Positions 9,909-18,932 of a stretch of DNA of 64,000 nt are shown one piece after another. The notes below the pieces were generated by a model. The model had not been told where the DNA came from. It saw only the letters and a list, made by a program, of their open reading frames with translations, and searched no databases. Each line of letters starts with the position of its first letter. Position 1 is the stretch's first letter. The position numbers were made by a program, and so were the translations under genes. The DNA is from a virus (lineage: Duplodnaviria; Caudoviricetes), in the IMG/VR virus record IMGVR_UViG_3300033066_001295, positions 1 to 64,000 of that record; one strand, given 5' to 3'.

Positions 9909-9989
9909 AAACAAAAGTTCCATTTCTGTCATATTCCCAGAAGAGTAAAGAGTATTTGACAAATGCCTCAAGTTGGTTGAGCCTCCCCT

Positions 9990-12900
9990 GTGTCCCAGAA
10001 GGTATGTCAAAATGTAAAGATCACCGGAAGCGTCACTTCAGCCTCGTGCTTGAAGTGCAAGCTCCACGACCACGCTGACCACCCATTTGCCTCCACATAC
10101 TGGTTTTTGGGGCAGAAGCTCATGACTGGGGTTCCACCCCTCGAAGTGGAGAAACGCTCTGACTGGCTTGTGGTGCTCGGTGAGCCACCTTCCAGCGGAT
10201 ACAACGACACCGGAGATGCCGGAGAATGGAAAAGTTTGCAAAAATCCATGCTTCTCTGGTACGATCTTGATATTCTTGATCGTGTTATATTCGTCCCTGT
10301 AGTTCGCTGCTACCCACCCCATGAGGATGGCAGGCCCAAGATCACCCATGCTCAGCTTGGGCACTGCATGAAGATCAACTATGAAGTGATCAAGGAGATC
10401 AAGCCAAAAGCGATTTTTGCAGTTGGTTTTGATGCCTGTCGAGCATTGACGAAGCGGGGTGATGACTTCAATCTTGCTGGGAGGGTGTATCACTGGGAGA
10501 TGAAAAAAGACGATGAGTCTGCCACCTACACCGTGATTCCTGTGTGGGGATGGAACTATGTTAACCGTGACGCCGGTAGGTTTCAAAAGCCCTACGTTAA
10601 GCAGTGGCGCAAAGCTATTGATCTGATCGACAGCACAGAAGACCTAGCTGAAATTAAAGCTGAGATTAACTATATCACTGCCCTTGATGCTGCCGCAGTG
10701 GATGAATGGTTTGAGGGTCTTGATCTGAACCTGCCATTTGGTTTTGACGTTGAAACAACTTCCCTCACCCATCTCAACACGTGGGACAAGAATTTTGACA
10801 TAACATGTGCGTCATTTGCACACCCAGATCGTGAAAAACCGCTCATCATCCCGCTCAACTACCCTTTGATCAATGCCGTGCTGGATGAGGCCGGTGTGCC
10901 TTACAACTCATGGCCAGCAAGACTAAAGGGACTCATAGCTAAGCTCAAAGAGAAGCTTGAGAATCCAAGGATCAAAAAGATAGGTCACAATATCAAGTTT
11001 GATATTGAGGCTGTTTACCGGGTTTTCAATATCATCCTGAAAGGCGTGTTTCAGGACACTCTTTTGCTCAACTATGCCTTGCACCCTGATGTTAAGAGAC
11101 TGAACAAACTTGATGACCTTATCAGGAAGTACCTCCCCCATCTGGCTGACTACTCTCTCACCTTGCAGATGTTTTTTGATGAGCATCCTGAGCTAAATAG
11201 TGAGTACTCACTTATCCCTCACCACATCCTGTTTCCCTATGCCGCTCTGGACACGAAGGTGCTGTTCCCCATCCTTCAGTTCCTCAGCGAGGAGATTGAG
11301 AAGCGTGAGTCGAAGGGTGACCCATACTTCGTTCGCCTTGATGGGAAGATAACAGCGTTTCCAACCTACTCCATAAGTGACTATGTTTCCTACTGCCGGA
11401 GATGCCACCTGCTTTTCACCACTGAACTGGAGAAGAACGGTGTAGCCCTCGACAGGGAGATGCTGACAAGGATTGAGAAGCACTACAAGGATGAACTTAA
11501 AGGCATAAGTGATGAGTTAAACTCGCACAAGACAGTTGTAAGCTTTCAAAGTGAGTTTCTCCCTGAATTCCTTTCCAAGACAAAGGCTGGCAAGCCAAAG
11601 AAGGTAAAGAGGACCACCATTAACTGGGGTTCACCCACTCAGGTGGCAGCTTTGTTTTACAACTTCTGCGGCTACCCTGTTTATTACGAGACGGATGCCG
11701 GTAATCCGTCCACTGATGAAGCTTCACTGAGGAAGCTTTCAACTCATGAAAAGTCAGAAGTGGCGAAGCTTCTTTTGAAATACCGTGAGTCGAGCAAATT
11801 TGTTGATGGCTTCATTTCAAAGCTCACCACGGATGAGCCTACAGAAAACCTCATTTCTACTTGGGATGGAAGGGTTCATGCATCATTTAATATCAGCGAT
11901 GCTGGAACGGGCAGGCTTACCTGTAGTAAGCCAAACATGCAGCAGATACCTGTTGGTGGGCACGTGAAGCGTGTCTATTGCTCGCGGTATGAGGAGGGCT
12001 GGCTTCTTCAACGAGACTACTCCCAGCTTGAAGTGAGGGTGCTTGCATTGATGAGCAGGGATGTCACTCTGATCAATGCCTTCTTGAACAATGAGGACGT
12101 TCACCTGAAGACACAGAAGTTCTTCTTCGGTAGTGCGGCTGACAAGAATAACAAACCTCAGCGTGTCATATGCAAGGGTGCCCTGTTTGGTCGCATCTAT
12201 GGGCAGGGTGACAAGGGTTTGTTTGAAAACCTGAGCAGTAATGATGTCAAATCACCCACTACAGGTGAGCCAATCACCATGGAGGAGTGTCACAACTTCA
12301 ACCAGCTTCTTGATGAGTCCTACCCCGGAATGAAGAGGTGGGTTGAAGAGGCTCAGCTACAGGGTATTGAAGGTGGTGTGAGCACGGCTTTTGGCTTTGT
12401 CAGGCCACTAGCTAACTTGGCCAGCTATGCCAGATGGATTGAGCTAAAACGCAGCAACCCAGACAGTGCCAGAACCAAGCTTCTAGGGAATGACATTCAG
12501 GGTGACATGCGAAAGGCTCAAAACACACCCATCCAAGGAACTGCGGCTGATCTGTGCATCTTTGCTGCTACAAAAGCCATGTTTGGGCTGCGTGAAGTGG
12601 CCAGTGATGTGAAGCTGTGCAATCTGGTCCATGATTCAATCTGGGCTGACGCCAAGAACGTGGAAGATGCCTATCTGGCTGACAGAGTCCTGAAGGATAC
12701 AATGGACTACACACAGGACTGGTTGCACGAACTTCTGCCAGACTATGATGCATCATGGATTGATATTCCGATCATTGGCGAATGTGAGATAGGGCTTAAC
12801 GCCAAGGACACTTTTGTTGTCCATACAGAGCCTTCCTTGAAGACAGGTGAGACACGGATGCTCCTGAAGGTCCCTGTTGATGTGGCTGAAGCTATACATG

Positions 12901-13010
12901 TGAGTGGTGATACAGTGCTGGAAGACGGCAAGCCTTTTGTTCTTGTGGACTTTATGAAATACAATGATAACATACGTGGCTATCTGATAACAAAAAGGAA
13001 CACACTGTAA
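9990..13010 (+). CDS. polA: family A DNA polymerase with N-terminal UDG-like domain and 3'-5' exonuclease
   Basis: UDG-like CxxCxL..GEPP..VRCYPP; exonuclease FDVET, HNIKFD, YAALD; TGRLTC..PNMQQIP, motif A DYSQLEVR, motif B R..CKGALFGRIYG, NTPIQGTAAD, motif C VHDS. Confidence 0.95.
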   Translation: MSQKVCQNVKITGSVTSASCLKCKLHDHADHPFASTYWFLGQKLMTGVPPLEVEKRSDWLVVLGEPPSSGYNDTGDAGEWKSLQKSMLLWYDLDILDRVIFVPVVRCYPPHEDGRPKITHAQLGHCMKINYEVIKEIKPKAIFAVGFDACRALTKRGDDFNLAGRVYHWEMKKDDESATYTVIPVWGWNYVNRDAGRFQKPYVKQWRKAIDLIDSTEDLAEIKAEINYITALDAAAVDEWFEGLDLNLPFGFDVETTSLTHLNTWDKNFDITCASFAHPDREKPLIIPLNYPLINAVLDEAGVPYNSWPARLKGLIAKLKEKLENPRIKKIGHNIKFDIEAVYRVFNIILKGVFQDTLLLNYALHPDVKRLNKLDDLIRKYLPHLADYSLTLQMFFDEHPELNSEYSLIPHHILFPYAALDTKVLFPILQFLSEEIEKRESKGDPYFVRLDGKITAFPTYSISDYVSYCRRCHLLFTTELEKNGVALDREMLTRIEKHYKDELKGISDELNSHKTVVSFQSEFLPEFLSKTKAGKPKKVKRTTINWGSPTQVAALFYNFCGYPVYYETDAGNPSTDEASLRKLSTHEKSEVAKLLLKYRESSKFVDGFISKLTTDEPTENLISTWDGRVHASFNISDAGTGRLTCSKPNMQQIPVGGHVKRVYCSRYEEGWLLQRDYSQLEVRVLALMSRDVTLINAFLNNEDVHLKTQKFFFGSAADKNNKPQRVICKGALFGRIYGQGDKGLFENLSSNDVKSPTTGEPITMEECHNFNQLLDESYPGMKRWVEEAQLQGIEGGVSTAFGFVRPLANLASYARWIELKRSNPDSARTKLLGNDIQGDMRKAQNTPIQGTAADLCIFAATKAMFGLREVASDVKLCNLVHDSIWADAKNVEDAYLADRVLKDTMDYTQDWLHELLPDYDASWIDIPIIGECEIGLNAKDTFVVHTEPSLKTGETRMLLKVPVDVAEAIHVSGDTVLEDGKPFVLVDFMKYNDNIRGYLITKRNTL

Positions 13011-13011
13011 A

Positions 13012-13452
13012 ATGAACACATTCAAAAGAGCCATCCTCTTCAATGAAGAGCGGAAGAAAAAACTCTGTGAATTGCGTGACAGGCTGGACTTTTTGCCGAA
13101 TGGCACACAATCAAGAATAGCAAAAAACATTGGGTGTACCCGTCAAACTGTTCACAATGTCCTGTTTAGTTATGACGATGAATTGTCAGCTAGAAGTGAC
13201 TTTGCCTATCAGGTCTGGAAGGAGCTAGAGCGCATTGTGTCAGAACCAGATGTTGTAAAGGAGTACAACATGATGAAGTCAATTGTTGACGGTCTCAGAA
13301 AGGGAAGTAACATCAGGCTTGAAATGGCTTTGCCTCAGTTTAGACTCATCAAACGAAAACTGGACAAGATGGGTATCTCCTATACACTCAACAAGTCACG
13401 TGGCTGGCCTAATGTCTATACTCTAACCCCCAAACAACTCAAAGCAGCTTAA
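13012..13452 (+). CDS. helix-turn-helix DNA-binding protein
   Basis: TQSRIAKNIGCTRQTVHNVL HTH pattern. Confidence 0.7.
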   Translation: MNTFKRAILFNEERKKKLCELRDRLDFLPNGTQSRIAKNIGCTRQTVHNVLFSYDDELSARSDFAYQVWKELERIVSEPDVVKEYNMMKSIVDGLRKGSNIRLEMALPQFRLIKRKLDKMGISYTLNKSRGWPNVYTLTPKQLKAA

Positions 13453-13727
13453 TGGCACGAGGGGCAGCAAGACTTAACATAGACAAAGCTGGAGGTACCA
13501 TCTTTTTTACCTCCAACAAATCGGTAACTGCTGACAATGGTTTTATGGTTGGTTCTGATGGGCAGGTAAGACCACATGGGTTGGTATCACTCAGTCACAC
13601 CAAGGTTCAGAAGTTTGAGACATTCTCTGATTCTGTTTTTGTCTGCGGCCTCAAGGCAGTGAGGAAGGATGATAAAGCCAACTGTGGGCATAAAAGCACA
13701 GGATCAAGGAGTGTTTTCGTTAACTGA
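13452..13727 (+). CDS. PAAR-like spike tip protein
   Basis: GAARL, PH, SVFV.G..AVR.DD..CGH..GS.SVFVN. Confidence 0.85.
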   Translation: MARGAARLNIDKAGGTIFFTSNKSVTADNGFMVGSDGQVRPHGLVSLSHTKVQKFETFSDSVFVCGLKAVRKDDKANCGHKSTGSRSVFVN

Positions 13728-13729
13728 CT

Positions 13730-14533
13730 ATGAAGCTTAAAACCAATCTCGAAAAAACAGCACCACCAGTTGGTGAGTATAAGTTGCCATCAAGTGGCTT
13801 GTTTTACAAACTTGGAGACGGCAAGATTTTCCCCCCTACCATCAAGGTGAAGCCTTATGGCTTTATCACAGAGGCAATCCTCGTGACAACACTCACTTCC
13901 AGTGAGAAGATGGTTGGCATCATCAAGGACGTGGCTGAATTGCCTGAAGGTTTTGATCCTTTTGATATGTTCGTGGCGGATCAACACATGATTCTCGCCA
14001 TTGCCCGCTCACTCACCTACGGCGAGCGTTATTCCTTCTCATCTACCTGCCCTTCCTGCGGTTTTGAGGAAAAACATAGCCTGAAGGTGCCTGACGAGAT
14101 ACCTGTCAAAATTTGGACCGACAATGCTGAACAAGCGAAGACACCCGGTTACGTTCACACAAAAAATTTCACTTTCAGGCTTACTGAGTGCAAGGATACC
14201 GTGGAACTGAAGTTCCCAACCATCAAAGACAACGAGCGGGCCAATAAATATGGCGAAGAGAAGAAAAAGATTATAACAAGCTATGAGCCTTCCTACATCA
14301 GGCGACTGGCCATACACATCAAGAGTGTCAACGGTGAAGAGGTTGGACCTAATGACCTCGATCAACTTGAAAATGAGTTCATACTCAAGCTGCGTGGACC
14401 TGACATGGTTGAACTGAAAAAGAAGATTGATGACAACTCGTGTGGCATCATTCAAAACTGGGATATTCAGTGCAATAAGTGCTCTGAAGCTTACAAAACC
14501 TTTATCCCAATACTTAGCAGCTTTTTTCGTTGA
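13730..14533 (+). CDS. baseplate hub / tail assembly chaperone (T4 gp26-like)
   Basis: LPS.GLFY, D...IL..R..TYG..Y....CPSC, C-terminal CNKC...FFR. Confidence 0.8.
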   Translation: MKLKTNLEKTAPPVGEYKLPSSGLFYKLGDGKIFPPTIKVKPYGFITEAILVTTLTSSEKMVGIIKDVAELPEGFDPFDMFVADQHMILAIARSLTYGERYSFSSTCPSCGFEEKHSLKVPDEIPVKIWTDNAEQAKTPGYVHTKNFTFRLTECKDTVELKFPTIKDNERANKYGEEKKKIITSYEPSYIRRLAIHIKSVNGEEVGPNDLDQLENEFILKLRGPDMVELKKKIDDNSCGIIQNWDIQCNKCSEAYKTFIPILSSFFR

Positions 14534-14729
14534 GACGGACCCAGCGGATGATCGTTCACCGCTCCCCCATGTACTAACGAGACACAGAAATCATCTTAAA
14601 ATACTTAACCAACTTCAGATTATTGGTGGGTATTCTTTTGATGCTACAAAAAAGGAACCTTTTAACTTGGTTTACCTAATGTGGGATGACTTGAAGGAGG
14701 TCAAGGAGGCCCAGAATGGCTCAGGATAA
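14523..14729 (+). CDS. gp51-like segment, probably translated by frameshift from 13730-14533
   Basis: +1 frame open across TTT TTT CGT TGA; LQIIGGYSF....P pattern; no ATG/GTG/TTG between the slip site and that motif. Confidence 0.55.
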   Translation, partial: FFVETDPADDRSPLPHVLTRHRNHLKILNQLQIIGGYSFDATKKEPFNLVYLMWDDLKEVKEAQNGSG

Positions 14730-15248
14730 CTCAAACACAGCATCTGTTATCTGAAGTGTAACAGAGTAGCTTAGAGGCTCGTCTGAGTTCATGTCTAACT
14801 CATCAGCACCAACTGCCGAGGGCCAACAGTCTGTTATTTTGATCTTACCCCACTCAGTCATATCATCCTCAGCACTCCCTGCTGCTTTGTAGATGATTAC
14901 TTCACCGGTACCAGCGTACTCTGAGATGATGCCAACCTTGTCTGATTCGAGGTCATAAACCTTCTTGAACCAGTCAGTCCAGAATGTTATACCTTTTGTG
15001 TTATCGAAGAATCTGAACTTGGCTGTCTCGACCATCTTTTGCTTTATCCCAGCAAAGGGTATCTGGGAGTTGAAGGCAACAAAGTCCCTCGCTTCAATAA
15101 GCTGCCTCAGTGATGGGAATGTCAATATTTCGAGATTCTCACTGTCACCAAAGCTGCCAGAAGGAGACTGAAAGCTAAGTTGAAAGTGGGCACGCTGAAT
15201 AGGTGTTGAGGACATACAGACAGTCCCCGATGGATTCTTGATGCTCAT
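14721..15248 (-). CDS. tail tube-like protein (gp19/gp54 fold)
   Basis: FWTDW, EYAG, DCWPSAVG..ELDMNSDE..SVTL. Confidence 0.75.
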   Translation of the reverse strand: MSIKNPSGTVCMSSTPIQRAHFQLSFQSPSGSFGDSENLEILTFPSLRQLIEARDFVAFNSQIPFAGIKQKMVETAKFRFFDNTKGITFWTDWFKKVYDLESDKVGIISEYAGTGEVIIYKAAGSAEDDMTEWGKIKITDCWPSAVGADELDMNSDEPLSYSVTLQITDAVFELS

Positions 15249-18200
15249 TTAGAGAAGGGCTATCTTGGCTGAAGAGACTGACCTCACCCTATTGCACGTC
15301 ACATTTGAGTTTGCCAATGTGCCGAGGATGGTAAAACCAATTTTTGGTATCCTGTCTTCGATCACACAGCCGAAAGACGTTCCTTCGCCTTTAACAAGTT
15401 CAGTGGAGCTTTCAATGATCACACCAACACCATTGCTGGTTGCGTCTTCAATGTAGAGGTCTGCTTTTGATGTCACAAGGATGACATCCTTGTAGTGTCC
15501 GATAACTGAACCTGAAGCAACTTGAGACGAGAGTGTGTATGGTGTGTCCAGTGTCACTGTCATACCACTTGCACTAAGAACTGTGTAGTACCCGGCTATA
15601 ATTGTGCCGCCACTAAATGTGATTGTATCAACAAGTAGCGAGTCACCAGCTTTGATAGTAGTGTACGACTTATACAGTGTAATCTTAGCTTTTGAGCTAC
15701 CGTTGTCCTCAATATGTGACACCAAGTCAGTTATTCCCGGAACAGCCCTTTGAAGTGAAGTAGCCGATCCAGATGTTACATTTTGTGTGGACCCACCGTA
15801 CGTTATATCAAGAGTTACCTTGTTACTTGACTCGTTGACACTAAGAACCTTATAGATTCCGCCAGTGATGGAACCTCCACCATGAACAACTGTACCTATA
15901 GTGATATAGTCATTTGCTATGACACCTTGTGACATATTCAGCACAGTAAAGCCAAGCTGTGCCTTACCACCGTTTGATGTAAGAAATCCAGTTCCAACAA
16001 AAGAAGCTGAAAATGGTGTAGCGGTTCCGGTTGTATCAATAACTGGAGTTACGTCTTTGTGTCTCCAACCAGCCGAAAAAGCTCCAAGGAAGTAGTCATT
16101 CCAGCCTGATACCCTGACCGTTCCAACACCGTTCTTGCCTGTCCTCAAGGTAATGATGTCCTTGGTGTCAGCCTTTCGCATAATGTTGCCAACTGATGCT
16201 GAAAGGTTAGGCTCACCACCGTGCTGTGATGTGCTTATAAACTTGCCAGTGGAGTCTGAGACATAAGGGGCGTCAATTTCAATCTCACTGCTGCTTGGAA
16301 CACTGATGACAGACTTGAATCCATCATAAGCTGATGTGCCTACAATTCGGATGTTACTTCCTGCCCAAACACCACTTGATGAATCAACAACAAGAATAGC
16401 ATTGGTATCAGATGAGACTCCTGTTATATTTACAAATTTGTTGCTCAGAATGTTCTCAACAGAGTCACCCACTACTAGGTTAACAGCCGTAGAATCACCA
16501 TACTTCGGTTGAGTGAGCTTTGTAACACTAAGGATTGTGTCGGTTACAGTTGGGCTTGATGTGTAAGTGATGTCAGTTGTTATCGTTCCTGCTGAAGATG
16601 ACAAGGTCAGAATATGGCCATAGGCACTGTAGCCATCGTTACCTATAACTTGAATTTTGTCACCGGCAGAAAGACCGTCAACTACACTATCATCACCATA
16701 GAATGAAGCTGCTCCGTCTATGTTACGTGAAATCAAGCCAGATGTAATTGGGTCAACAGTAAATACTGCTGACGTGCTTGAGTTGGCTATGCTGCTAACA
16801 GCCAGATATACCTCTTCTTTTTTGAAGGTTTGAACTGATATATCTTGGTATTTTAACTGGGCACTGCAAGACATGCTGATGTAGTCAGCGTCCAAAACTA
16901 TCCTGTTATTTACTGAATCAGTAGAAAGTACTTCAAAGAAGCTACCCTCATACGTCGAAGGGGTACAATGAGCAAGTTTTACAACATCGCCTGTTTTGTA
17001 AAATGAATAAGCTCCACCTGTAAGCATGTTCAAGCCAAGCTTGCCGCTAACACTTGTAGCACCACCACCATAGTCATTTGTTACTACTGATCCGCTCAAG
17101 GACAGCCTGACAGCCAAAGTTTTTGATTCTTTGATGACCCTTGAAGTAACATGCCACTCACGAGTTGCACTATTTTTTATGGGGGAGATGGTGACTGACT
17201 CATTGATAGCATCAAGCACAGTGAGAACATCAGGCTTCACAGTGCTTTCACCAACAACAATAACACTGCCAGAGCCTGAAATCTTCTCGACAACAATGTC
17301 TGAGTAGTTGGCGTTTTCAGGAATGGTCACCACCACTATTGAGTCTTGTGTGTCCACCAAGATAACTGACACATCATCTGGAACAATGTAGTCTAGGCTG
17401 ATCTGAACTGTTGAACGTCTGGTTACAACCAGACCACCGCTGTAGGCCAGATTACCAGTGCTGTCATCTTCATACAGCCCGGTGTTGCTACTGGTGCTCT
17501 GAAGGACCAAGGGGCCTTCAAGCTGATTTGCAGGTCCAGCTTCAACTGAGAAGGTACTGGCATCAACATACCCTTTAGTGGCAGCATCAGTAGATGCCAC
17601 GGGGGTAGCTACATTTTCGATGATGTTGTTGCTTACATCAATAACACTGCCAAAGGTCACCGGCTGGTCAAAACTTGCCGTTCCCTCAAATGTGGATGTA
17701 CCCTCAAACACCTGAACACCAGTAAACCTAGCAGTTGATGACACAGTGAGGTCACCGTCAAGACGCACTGAAGTTGTGGACCTTATTTCCACGTCGATTA
17801 GGTCCGTAAGGGCTGAGTGGCTGTTCACCCAGAGTGTGCCCGATATACTGACATCACCGACAATATTCGAGTCCCCAGATGTTGAAACAGTGCCAGCTAT
17901 AGCGTCGTCAACATAGGCTTTTGTAGCAGCTTGAAGGTCATCGTCTCCACCACTTGGAGTTTCTGACAGAATCAAGGCACCTGTCATGGTGCCACCCTGC
18001 TTCCAAACCAATGCTTTTGAATCAACGTAGCTCTTGTTGGCAGCGTGGGAGTTTGCTGTTGGGTTTGATGCCAACGACAGTGCTCCTGTCATGGTTCCGC
18101 CTGATTCTGAGATAAGGCCATGGCTACCTGTAATAGGTCCTGTCATTGCACCACCAGCTTTTGACAGGAAATTGTTGGCAATCCAGAGCCTTGGAGCAGC

Positions 18201-18911
18201 ATGATAATCTGCTGTCGGATTACCGTACAGGGTAAGTGCCCCTGTCATGGTACCACCAGCTTTTGCCACATATGTTGTATCAACGAAGGCCTTGTTAACA
18301 GCATCAGTTCCAACAGAGGGGGGATTGCTGATTGTAAGTGAGCTTACGCCACTGCCTGTATCAAGTTTGGCATCAAGAGCAGCCTGAAGGTTTGCTATCT
18401 TGCTTATTGATATTGAATCAACATTGGCACTTGTTATGAGACCTGCCTCCCAACCACTGGCTGTTTTTATGAGAGTCTCATACTGATTCCAGTCTGTAAT
18501 ATTGATGCCAAAGAACGATTCCGCAGAAGACGCACTGAACACTGCATAATTTGTAGTGTCATTGGGAGGGATGGTGCTGGAAAGATGCTTTTTAAGGACG
18601 AGATAGTTTACGCCCTCATAGGTAAGCACCCACCCTTGTGGGTAGTACAGGTTTTGTGACCAAGAATAACCGTAGATGAGAGGGAGACCGTCCTTTGGCA
18701 GCTTGCTCGGCTGGGTAGGAACGGCGTTATCAAGAAGGGACAGGTGACCTTTGTTGACAAGCTTTTGAGTCTCATAGGTCAGAGCCTCGGCTGAGAGAGT
18801 TCTGATTTCTTTCCCAGAAAGGATGATCTGCTCTATATCACCACTCGTGGTGGTGATTAGAGATACCGGGAGGAATGAGTCTAGGTTATTCCGAAACGTG
18901 AACGAGGTCAT
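15249..18911 (-). CDS. tail fibre / long surface appendage protein
   Basis: 1220 aa, Ser/Thr/Gly-rich; CBM5/12-like WSQNLYY..G..LTYEG; repeated GGTMTGAL and A.(T/N)K.YVD fibre motifs. Confidence 0.75.
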   Translation of the reverse strand: MTSFTFRNNLDSFLPVSLITTTSGDIEQIILSGKEIRTLSAEALTYETQKLVNKGHLSLLDNAVPTQPSKLPKDGLPLIYGYSWSQNLYYPQGWVLTYEGVNYLVLKKHLSSTIPPNDTTNYAVFSASSAESFFGINITDWNQYETLIKTASGWEAGLITSANVDSISISKIANLQAALDAKLDTGSGVSSLTISNPPSVGTDAVNKAFVDTTYVAKAGGTMTGALTLYGNPTADYHAAPRLWIANNFLSKAGGAMTGPITGSHGLISESGGTMTGALSLASNPTANSHAANKSYVDSKALVWKQGGTMTGALILSETPSGGDDDLQAATKAYVDDAIAGTVSTSGDSNIVGDVSISGTLWVNSHSALTDLIDVEIRSTTSVRLDGDLTVSSTARFTGVQVFEGTSTFEGTASFDQPVTFGSVIDVSNNIIENVATPVASTDAATKGYVDASTFSVEAGPANQLEGPLVLQSTSSNTGLYEDDSTGNLAYSGGLVVTRRSTVQISLDYIVPDDVSVILVDTQDSIVVVTIPENANYSDIVVEKISGSGSVIVVGESTVKPDVLTVLDAINESVTISPIKNSATREWHVTSRVIKESKTLAVRLSLSGSVVTNDYGGGATSVSGKLGLNMLTGGAYSFYKTGDVVKLAHCTPSTYEGSFFEVLSTDSVNNRIVLDADYISMSCSAQLKYQDISVQTFKKEEVYLAVSSIANSSTSAVFTVDPITSGLISRNIDGAASFYGDDSVVDGLSAGDKIQVIGNDGYSAYGHILTLSSSAGTITTDITYTSSPTVTDTILSVTKLTQPKYGDSTAVNLVVGDSVENILSNKFVNITGVSSDTNAILVVDSSSGVWAGSNIRIVGTSAYDGFKSVISVPSSSEIEIDAPYVSDSTGKFISTSQHGGEPNLSASVGNIMRKADTKDIITLRTGKNGVGTVRVSGWNDYFLGAFSAGWRHKDVTPVIDTTGTATPFSASFVGTGFLTSNGGKAQLGFTVLNMSQGVIANDYITIGTVVHGGGSITGGIYKVLSVNESSNKVTLDITYGGSTQNVTSGSATSLQRAVPGITDLVSHIEDNGSSKAKITLYKSYTTIKAGDSLLVDTITFSGGTIIAGYYTVLSASGMTVTLDTPYTLSSQVASGSVIGHYKDVILVTSKADLYIEDATSNGVGVIIESSTELVKGEGTSFGCVIEDRIPKIGFTILGTLANSNVTCNRVRSVSSAKIALL

Positions 18912-18932
18912 CTCAGATAGTTACCATCTGAT

